DNA of 64,000 nucleotides. Origin: a virus (Duplodnaviria > Caudoviricetes). The notes under the pieces were generated by a model that was given only the letters and a program-made list of their open reading frames with translations, did not search any database and had not been told where the DNA came from. Where the stretch lies: IMG/VR virus record IMGVR_UViG_3300015244_001400, positions 1-64,000 of that record; one strand, written 5' to 3'. Positions 35,067 to 43,800 of this stretch are shown in pieces (positions within the stretch are counted from its first letter, which is position 1; each line of letters begins with the position of its first letter). Position numbers and translations under genes: made by a program.

Positions 35067-36269
35067 ATGGCCTTGAATTACACATACTTAAAATACAAAG
35101 ATACATATACACTTGAAAATACAGGTACTGTGAATCTGACTTACCATGTTAGCAAAGTAACTTGTGAAGCAACTACTGAGATAAAAACAGCTGTAATGGT
35201 TCCTGGACAGATAACTACTTTAAGTTTTCCTGTTGATGGAGATTACTCTGTTTATCTAGAGTCTAGTACTCAAGTAGGAATGCCTTTTATCATCAAACAC
35301 TATAATCACTTACTTATGTCCTTTATCAGTATGGTAGAAGGAATTGTATGTGGATGCAGTAAGTGTGATGAATGTGAGGAGTGTAATAAATGTGAGGATT
35401 ACCTTGGGACACTTTTAAAAGCACAAGCTTTTAATACTTTAAACTACCCTGTTTACCAAGACTATGTGAATCAAATAACTCAAGATTCTCTTTGTGTGTT
35501 TAGTGAAACAGTTCTATGTGGTTTATTACATGAAAAAGTGTATGGAAATCCTGAAGTAAAAGAGGCTATGTTGAGACTAATTAGTTTTTACTACCTAGCT
35601 TTTTACTATCAAGATAAATTTTTAGCTGTAGATGCAGAAGAGAAAGCTTATGTTACAGAGAAATATAAGTTTGATAAGATAGCAGCATGTATGAGAAAGT
35701 TAGGTATTATACCTACAGACCCTTTATTCATGACTACTACCACTACTACTCTTGCTCCTAGTACTACAAGTACTACGACTACTAGTAGTACAACTACTAC
35801 AACTACACCTCCTAGTAGCACAACTACAACTGTGCCTCCTAGCAGTACTACAACAACAAGTAGTACTACAACTCAACCTACTACAAGTACTACAACTACT
35901 TTAGCACCTTGTGCTTTAGATGGTACTGCAGTGGAAGTAACAGGTACAACAACTAGCACAAGCACTAGCACAACTACTGCTCCAAGTACTACTACCTCAA
36001 GTTCAACAACTTCAACTACTACCACTACTGCTCCAACCACAAGTACTAGTACTACAACAAGTACAAGTACAACTACGGAACCTCCTTTAGAGTGTATTAG
36101 TTATACTTTAAATGCTCCTGGTGTTTCAGGAGAATATAATCAAGCAGAGTACATAGATTGTGCAGGACAGCCTCAAGTTATAGAAGCTCATGGATATGTT
36201 AATGCAACTTTCTGTGCAACTGAAATACTATTTGGAATGCCTTTTGCAAATGGTACAGGAGGCTGTTAA
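35067..36269 (+). CDS. Virion-module protein with a Cys-rich N-terminal domain and a ~120-aa mucin-like Thr/Ser/Pro tract
   Basis: GCSKCDECEECNKC; TTTTTTLAPSTTSTTTTSS...TTTEPP at about 35730-36087; small Cys-containing C-terminal domain. Confidence 0.8.
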   Translation: MALNYTYLKYKDTYTLENTGTVNLTYHVSKVTCEATTEIKTAVMVPGQITTLSFPVDGDYSVYLESSTQVGMPFIIKHYNHLLMSFISMVEGIVCGCSKCDECEECNKCEDYLGTLLKAQAFNTLNYPVYQDYVNQITQDSLCVFSETVLCGLLHEKVYGNPEVKEAMLRLISFYYLAFYYQDKFLAVDAEEKAYVTEKYKFDKIAACMRKLGIIPTDPLFMTTTTTTLAPSTTSTTTTSSTTTTTTPPSSTTTTVPPSSTTTTSSTTTQPTTSTTTTLAPCALDGTAVEVTGTTTSTSTSTTTAPSTTTSSSTTSTTTTTAPTTSTSTTTSTSTTTEPPLECISYTLNAPGVSGEYNQAEYIDCAGQPQVIEAHGYVNATFCATEILFGMPFANGTGGC

Positions 36270-36271
36270 AA

Positions 36272-36670
36272 ATGGTTGAGTTAATTAAAAAGATTGCTGC
36301 TTCTAAAGAAGATGTTGTCTTTGTAGGAAGTTTATGTTTGTGGCATTTGGGTCTGGTAATAGACCCTAGAGACATAGATATAGTTGTTAATAGTTTAGAT
36401 GGTTTAGAAGAGTTTGGAGAAATAAAATTTTGGAATACTAAATCTCCTATGAGTGTGAGTAAAAAAAGAGCTCACATAAAAAGAGAAGACTATGATATAG
36501 ATATTTTTATTGAAGAGACTTTACCAGAGCACACTATGATAAGTGGCATTAAGTTTCAGACTTTAAAAGATTTAAACAACCATATTAACTTGGTTATTAA
36601 TACTTCTGAAGGACAGCTTAAAAACATAATGATTGAAAAGAAAATAAAATATTTTAAACCAAGAATCTAA
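36272..36670 (+). CDS. Small nucleotidyltransferase (Pol-beta superfamily)-like protein
   Basis: FVGS-x13-DIDIVV plus a distal DIDIF acidic motif. Confidence 0.6.
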   Translation: MVELIKKIAASKEDVVFVGSLCLWHLGLVIDPRDIDIVVNSLDGLEEFGEIKFWNTKSPMSVSKKRAHIKREDYDIDIFIEETLPEHTMISGIKFQTLKDLNNHINLVINTSEGQLKNIMIEKKIKYFKPRI

Positions 36671-36682
36671 AACTTACAAGAT

Positions 36683-37909
36683 ATGATAGTCTTAATAACA
36701 TTGCCAATAGCAGGACCTTCAACAGGACCTTTTAGCCTTTACTCTAATGTAGATGGTTATACAACTCCTTTTGAAATACAGGTTCCTAAACCACTTTTAG
36801 TAGCTGGCTACACTAGTGTTTCAGTACCTGCAGGAACTACTATAATTCAAGTAAGATCTTTAGGGACTTGTACTAATAGTATTAACTTACCTATTAACTT
36901 ATTAGGGACTAGTACAACTACTACATCAACAAGTACTACTACTGCCCCTACAACCACAACAACAACTGTACCTACTACTACTACAAGTAGCACCACAACT
37001 AGCACTAGTACAACTACAGTTCCTACAACAACTACTAGCACTACTACTGTAGCTCCTATGGTATTAGAATTATATGGACCTTGTAATGAGACAACTGAAT
37101 ATGTTGCATATAATGCAGCTTTAACATCTTTACCTGGAGTTTATACTGCTACAAATGGTTTTCCTTATGAAGTAGTTAGTGCAACTCCTGTGAGTGGTAC
37201 TGCCACAGTTGTTATTACTGATTTATCAAATTATGATAACTTAAACAATTGGCTAACAATTAACTTAGCTTGTCCTGGAGGAACCACTAGTACTAGTACT
37301 AGTACAACTAGTACTACTACTACAGTTGCACCAACAACTACCACAACAACCACTAGTACTACCACAACAACTGAGGCTCCTACCACAACAACTACTACAC
37401 AAGCCCCAGCTGCTTGTAGTGAATTAGAAATATACCCTCCACTTACACCAGGAACTACTCACACAGTAGTGTTCTTGACTTGTGAATGGGGTACTCAAGA
37501 AACAATTAATATTCCTTATGGAGGAACTATGGGTTCTATCTGTGTTCAACCTGGAGGAGTAATTTCAGATAATGGCTCTGCAGTTAATGCAATGACATAT
37601 CCTACTCAAATGGTTTGTATAGGTAACACTACTACAACTACTACAACAACTACTACTCCACCTCCTGCAAATAACTACAGCTTTTTCCGTTGTTCAGGAA
37701 CTGGTATAGCTAGTGTAGTTGTAAGTGAAGCTTCTTTAATTAATGCAGGTATGGCACCAGGAGCAATTCTTAGTTCAATGAACACTATAGAAATAACAGG
37801 TTCAGGTAATGTAAATAGTTGCTATAGTTTTGATGACATGACTTCTGCTTCTCTTACAGGTCCAAGTGTTGTAAGCTTTGATCAATGTGAGTGTTTAAGT
37901 CCAGCATAA
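36683..37909 (+). CDS. Mucin-like protein: small beta/Cys domains separated by poly-Thr tracts
   Basis: Three long Thr/Ser-rich tracts at about 36907-37043, 37282-37400 and 37628-37663. Confidence 0.8.
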   Translation: MIVLITLPIAGPSTGPFSLYSNVDGYTTPFEIQVPKPLLVAGYTSVSVPAGTTIIQVRSLGTCTNSINLPINLLGTSTTTTSTSTTTAPTTTTTTVPTTTTSSTTTSTSTTTVPTTTTSTTTVAPMVLELYGPCNETTEYVAYNAALTSLPGVYTATNGFPYEVVSATPVSGTATVVITDLSNYDNLNNWLTINLACPGGTTSTSTSTTSTTTTVAPTTTTTTTSTTTTTEAPTTTTTTQAPAACSELEIYPPLTPGTTHTVVFLTCEWGTQETINIPYGGTMGSICVQPGGVISDNGSAVNAMTYPTQMVCIGNTTTTTTTTTTPPPANNYSFFRCSGTGIASVVVSEASLINAGMAPGAILSSMNTIEITGSGNVNSCYSFDDMTSASLTGPSVVSFDQCECLSPA

Positions 37910-37910
37910 T

Positions 37911-38837
37911 ATGAGATATGTATGTGCACAACCTGCTTCAAGTTTTTACACTTGGCAAGTAGAAGTAGTTATAAATAACTTTAAAAAACAGGGTGTCAAT
38001 CCTAATAAAATTGACATCCTTTGTGCAATAAATGATAATGTAGTTCCTGAAGAATGGAGAAAATTACAAAATCATTATAATACAGTTAGGTTCTTTTTTT
38101 ACAATGATACTAGAGCAGATAAGAGTTATATACCTTCTATCTACTTTAATCTAATGAGTAACCACATGAAAGCTAATCCTGACTTAATAGGCCAAAGGTT
38201 ATTCTTACATGATAGTGATATAATCTTTACTAGAACTCCAGAAGTGGATTGGGCAATGCCAGGTAAAGTTTGGTACTTAAGTGATACTAACTCTTACATC
38301 AACTATGATTACATCCAACAAAAAGGTAATCATATTTATGAAGATATGTGTGAGATTGTAGGTATAGATAAGTTGATACCTAAATTAATGAATAGTCATT
38401 CAGGAGGAGCCCAGTATATTACTGTTGGAGAAACTTCTGAATTTTGGGATAAAATAGAGAGTGATAGTGTCAAACTTTATTCTTACTTTTGTAAAACAGA
38501 ACATCTCTACAATAAAAAGTTTGAAGGAGATTTTCCTATCCAAAAATGGACTGCAGGGATGTGGGCCTTTCTTTGGAATATTTGGTTAAAAGGTCATGAA
38601 ACAAAAGTGGATTCTAGACTTAATTTTGGTTGGAGTACTGATCATGTTTCTTCAGTAGAAAAGTATTGGATACTACACAATGCAGGTGTGTCTGCAACAG
38701 ATAAAAACATGTTCTTCAAAGGTAATTACATACAGGAGTTACCATATAATAAAGAACTAGTTGTAGATGAAAACAGAGCCAGTTCTTACTATTGGAAGGA
38801 AATTCAAGAGACAAGTAAACAAACAATATTAATATAG
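37911..38837 (+). CDS. GT-A-fold glycosyltransferase resembling HPAT/SGT1 (GT95/GT96) peptide O-glycosyltransferases
   Basis: FYTWQVEVVINNFKK, LFLHDSDIIF (DxD), SGGAQYI, KWTAGMWAF and WILHNAG appear in the same order as the HPAT motifs I recall (YNTWQ...FKK, EPDHII, GWVLEMYAY, IIHY). Confidence 0.65.
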   Translation: MRYVCAQPASSFYTWQVEVVINNFKKQGVNPNKIDILCAINDNVVPEEWRKLQNHYNTVRFFFYNDTRADKSYIPSIYFNLMSNHMKANPDLIGQRLFLHDSDIIFTRTPEVDWAMPGKVWYLSDTNSYINYDYIQQKGNHIYEDMCEIVGIDKLIPKLMNSHSGGAQYITVGETSEFWDKIESDSVKLYSYFCKTEHLYNKKFEGDFPIQKWTAGMWAFLWNIWLKGHETKVDSRLNFGWSTDHVSSVEKYWILHNAGVSATDKNMFFKGNYIQELPYNKELVVDENRASSYYWKEIQETSKQTILI

Positions 38838-38842
38838 TAATC

Positions 38843-39370
38843 ATGCAAGAATTACAAAAGATAAGGAGAGACATAGCCTGGCTTATAGAGCAAACTAAAT
38901 GTCTTACCCAAGAGAGTAACTTAGAGTCTCCTTTGGTGGCTACTGAGTGGTCTCCTAATCATTCTGTGGCAACAGGTAATCCTTACATCTTAGGTTGTTT
39001 TGTTTGGTTTCAAGGTCATGTATATCAAAGTCTGATGGATGACAATTCCTTTCCTCCTACTAATGATTGTTATTGGACAGACTTAGGAGAAGGACATTTA
39101 TTGTTAGAAGAGCAATCTGATTGGAATGCTACTACAGGTAGACCTTTTATTAGAAACAAGCCTATCATTATTAATGATAAGACTTACATACACAATCAAG
39201 TAGTAGCTTCTGCTTCTTGGTTAGTGCAACATGATTTAAACAAATATCCTTCAGTTTCCATAGTGGACTCTGGAGACAATGTAGTTATAGGGGACATTCA
39301 GTATATTGATTTAAACAATATTTTGATTACCTTTACATCTACATTTTCAGGAAAAGCATACTTTAACTAA
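38843..39370 (+). CDS. Tail/fibre-associated protein with a possible CBM5/12-like carbohydrate-binding module
   Basis: EWSPNH...YILGCFVWFQGHVYQSL, QSDWNATTGRPFIRNKP, WLVQHDLNKYPSV. Confidence 0.5.
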   Translation: MQELQKIRRDIAWLIEQTKCLTQESNLESPLVATEWSPNHSVATGNPYILGCFVWFQGHVYQSLMDDNSFPPTNDCYWTDLGEGHLLLEEQSDWNATTGRPFIRNKPIIINDKTYIHNQVVASASWLVQHDLNKYPSVSIVDSGDNVVIGDIQYIDLNNILITFTSTFSGKAYFN

Positions 39371-39384
39371 AAAACAATAAGATC

Positions 39385-40776
39385 ATGATTTACTTAAGTA
39401 ATCTCAATTTAAGCAAGAATCAATTACAGAATGCTGTAATTCATCCTTTGGGTACAGCCCCAGCTAGTCCAGTAGAAGGACAACTTTACTATAACTCTTC
39501 TGCAGGAGTTAAGATGCTATATGTTTATAATGGGACTGCTTGGGTACCTGTTGGAGATATAACAGCTATCTCTTCTACAGAGTCAAGACTTATTGTAACT
39601 AATGGTACAACAGGAGATGTATCTTTATCTCTAGATATTGCAACAGTTGTTGCTAATGGAGGTACAGGACTTGTTACTGCTGATTTACTATATGACTATG
39701 TAGCTGGATTAGATGCTGTCTATTCTATTACTGCAGGTACAGGTATATCTGTTACAGGTACAAGTACAGACCCTATCATTACAAATACTGACTTAGGTTC
39801 TTCTCAAGCTATCTTTAAAAACATAGCAGTAGCAGGACAAAGTACAGTTGTAGCTGATAGTAACAATGATACTCTTACAATAGCAGCAGGAGGTAATGTA
39901 ACAATTACAACTAATGCTACTACAGATACTGTTACAATCTCTTCAACAGATACTAACACTACTTATGATTTAACTAATAGTGCTACTGCAGGAGGTTCTG
40001 CAATCTTGTTAACTGGTTCTGATCTTTCTCAAGATTCTGTGACTATTGTAGGTACTACTAATGAAATTGAGGTGACTCATGCAGCAGGTTCTATCACAGT
40101 AGGTTTACCTAACAACGTAACCATAACAGGTAACTTAACAGTAATTGGTACTACCACTACAAACAATGTAGAAACTGTATCAACTTCTAATGGAGTTATC
40201 TTTGAAGGTAATGCTGCTGATGCTAATGAATTAACTTTAATAGCAGGTACATTAACTGCTGACCAAGTAATTACTTTACCAGATGCAACAGGTACAATAG
40301 CTTTATTAAGTAATATTGGTAATGGTACTCTTACAGTTACTGCAGGTACTGCAATGTCAGGAGGAGGTTCTTTTACAGCTAACCAATCAGGTAACAGTTC
40401 TGTAACAATTAACCATGCTGCTGTATCAAGAACAAATAACACTAGTTCTGCTTCTCCAGGAGTTGGAGGTAGTTTCACAGTTATTGACACTGTAACAACT
40501 TCAACTGAAGGACACATCACAGCAGTTAATACTAAAACAATTACTTTACCAGCTAATAGTGCTACTTCTTTTGCTACTACAATTTCTGTATCAGGGACTG
40601 TTACACATGGTTTAAGTACAAAAGATGTGATAGTACAATTATATGACACATCAACAAATGAAACAGTTTATGCTGATGTAGTGAGAGTAAATACAGCTCC
40701 TTACAACACAATAACAGTTACTTTTGGAAATGCACCAGCAAATCCAATTAGAGTTTTAGTTTCTAAAATAGGATAA
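39385..40776 (+). CDS. Tail fibre protein
   Basis: Thr/Gly/Ala-rich beta-repeat composition; C-terminal VTHGLSTKDVIVQLYD domain. Confidence 0.7.
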   Translation: MIYLSNLNLSKNQLQNAVIHPLGTAPASPVEGQLYYNSSAGVKMLYVYNGTAWVPVGDITAISSTESRLIVTNGTTGDVSLSLDIATVVANGGTGLVTADLLYDYVAGLDAVYSITAGTGISVTGTSTDPIITNTDLGSSQAIFKNIAVAGQSTVVADSNNDTLTIAAGGNVTITTNATTDTVTISSTDTNTTYDLTNSATAGGSAILLTGSDLSQDSVTIVGTTNEIEVTHAAGSITVGLPNNVTITGNLTVIGTTTTNNVETVSTSNGVIFEGNAADANELTLIAGTLTADQVITLPDATGTIALLSNIGNGTLTVTAGTAMSGGGSFTANQSGNSSVTINHAAVSRTNNTSSASPGVGGSFTVIDTVTTSTEGHITAVNTKTITLPANSATSFATTISVSGTVTHGLSTKDVIVQLYDTSTNETVYADVVRVNTAPYNTITVTFGNAPANPIRVLVSKIG

Positions 40777-40801
40777 TACATCCTTAAATTAATAGATTGA
40801 T

Positions 40802-43800
40802 ATGTCTCAAAAATTTAAAAGTGAAGTAGAACTTCAAGCTTTAAATGCTGCTACCACAGATACTGATAAATTCTTAGTATCTGATGGTGGCATCATTAAG
40901 TTTAGAACAGGGGCTGAGATGTTATCTGACTTAGGTGTGGCACCTGGAGTAGCCTCTAATATTCAACATCAAGTAAAAGCAGGAGTAGCAATAAATAAAG
41001 GACAAGCAGTGTATGTATCTTCAGCAGATGGTACTAATATGATTGTGTCTTTAGCTTCTAATGCTACAGAAGCAACCTCATCAAAAACAATGGGGTTATT
41101 GGCAGACACTGTTGCTATAAATGGTTTTTCTAATGTTATAGCTGAAGGTTTACTTGCAGGATTAGACACATCTACTGCAGTGGCAGGAGACCCTGTTTGG
41201 TTAGGCACAGGTGGAAACCTTATTTATGGTTTAGCTAATAAACCTTATGCACCAGCTCACTTAGTGTTTATTGGGATTGTAACTAGAGTCAATGTTAATA
41301 ATGGAGAAATCTTTGTAAAGGTCCAAAATGGATTTGAACTTGATGAACTTCATGATGTAGATGTAAAAAGCTTAACTCCTGTTAGTGGACACCTTTTAGG
41401 ATTTAATGGCAACTTATGGGTAAATAAAACTATTGCAGGTTGGTTAGGATATACCCCTGCAAATTCAGTACACAACCATGATGATAGGTATTATACAGAA
41501 ACAGAATCAGACTCAAGATTTGTAAATGTTACTGGAGATACAATGACAGGCACACTTCAAATTAATGGTAGTTGGGCAACAACTATATTAGATGGAGACA
41601 ATGTTGTTGTAAGAAAACCTAACTATCCTTCAGGAGGTTGGGCAAGAGCTTTACTTAATTTTCAAGAATATACTGGTACATCTTTGTATCAAATAGGTGC
41701 TTATGGTAGTGCCAATACCTATACTTATGGTTATTTAGGTGTAGGTTATAATGACACTGTTATAAAATGGTATCCTAATAAAGAAGTAATTTTTGACAAC
41801 GTTATAAAAGCCCCTACCTTTTCTGACTCAAACAATACTGCTTATTATTTAGATCCTGCTGCTATGTCTAACATACATAACATAACAGCAACTTCTTTTA
41901 TAAAATCAGGAGGCACTTCTGCTCAAATATTAGCAGCAGATGGGTCTGTAATTACAGCAGGTACAAATATCACTATAAGTGGAGGAGTAATATCCTCTAC
42001 AGGAGGAGCCTCTTATACCCTTCCTACAGCTACAAGTACTGTACTAGGAGGAATTGAACTATTTAGTGACACAGTACAGACAGTTGCAGCAAACACTGTT
42101 TCAACAACTGCTTCAAGAACTTATGGTTTACAATTAAACGCAGCAGGACAAGCTGTTGTAAATGTGCCTTGGGTTGACACAAACACAGTGTACACTCATC
42201 CTGCTTATACAACAAGAAGTATAGATACATCAGGAGCACAAGTTATTGATATCTTTACTTCAGATGCTATAGGTAGTGTAACAAACATTACTACTAGAAC
42301 AATGACATTAGGAGATCTTGGATATACAGGAGCTACTAATGCTAATTACTATGTACTACCTTTTACAGATAACTCTGCTAACTGGAATACAGCATACTCA
42401 TGGGGTAACCATGCTGGGTTATATGCTTCTTCTTCACATACACATACCTTTGACTCTTTAACTGCTAAGACATCAGGTACAGGTACTTATCAAACTACAG
42501 GAGAGTTTATACAAAATAATGGTAAATATGTTAGAGACAGTTACTACAGAACTATAAGTGGAAGAAGTGATCTTTATTCTGGAGGTTCTGAAGGATGGTA
42601 TACTGCTGCTCAAGTAACTTTAACAAGTAATTGTAGTGGAGCTGTATTATATGGTACACTTAATGACCATAGATATAATGGTGCTGACTCTTATCAAATA
42701 GCTGTAGTAGCTAGAGCTGAATGTGATTTTGATACTAATAACCAATCTCACTATGTGAATGTTGGTTGTACAATTCTTGGTAGTACAAACTACACTAACT
42801 ATAGAAGTAAGATAAGAGTAGTTTTAACTACTTCAACTACTAACAATAGAACTTACCAATTACAATTTTTTGAAACTGCTTGGAATAATGATACTTGGCA
42901 ATTAGAAACTAATGGTTGGACAATCTATAATTCTCCACAAACAGCTTCTGCTCAAGTAGGGACACCTTTAGTAAACTATGTGTCTAATCAAAATGCAGAT
43001 TATCAAAGAGCAAATACAGCTACATACTCACCTATATTTTATGACAATGATAATACAGCATACTACTTAAATCCAAATGGAACTAGTAATCTTTACATTG
43101 TAAATGCTACTTATTATTTAGTTACTCCTACAATATATAGTGGTGGAGGTAGTGTGTCTTTTGGAAATGATGTACAACTTAGTGGTAATTATTTAAGATT
43201 TGATGAGAATGGAGTTAGATCTTGGAATCAAAGAGCTACAGGAGGTAATTTAGTTTTAAACAGTGGAGATGGTAATGGAAATCTTGTTGTAAATGGTAAT
43301 GCAATAATTCATTCAGGTAATATTGGAAGTCAGTCTGTAAGTTATGCAACTTCAGCTGGAAATGCTGATACATTAGATGGGTTACACGCTTCATCATTTT
43401 TGACTAGCTATTCTGAAACTGACACGTTATTAACAGTAACTGGAAGAGGAAATACTACTACTACTCAAATAGGAGCTGTTAACTTTTTTGACACAAATGT
43501 AGGGACTTATAATGTTAACTTAGGTTCAGGAGGTTCAGAAGGAAGAGGTTTAGTGGCAGGGTATTCAGGAGGTTCCTATGGAGGTATTGGATATAATGTT
43601 AGACATACTACTACAGGAGGAAATTGGATTGCTCCTGGTACAGATACTTCAACTTATTTATTGTTTACAGCAGGAGGGTTTTCTTTCCTAGGAGCAGGAG
43701 CAGGAGCTGCTGGAAGAACTTTATCTTACACCACTTTAGGAAGCCTTAATAGTGGAGGCCTTTATGTACCAATAATGTATGATTCAAATAATACAGGATA

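Noticed and set aside
36847-37041. Val-rich 64-aa minus-strand ORF that looks like a membrane protein
   Set aside because: It is the antisense read of the poly-Thr (ACN) tract, which necessarily gives poly-Val
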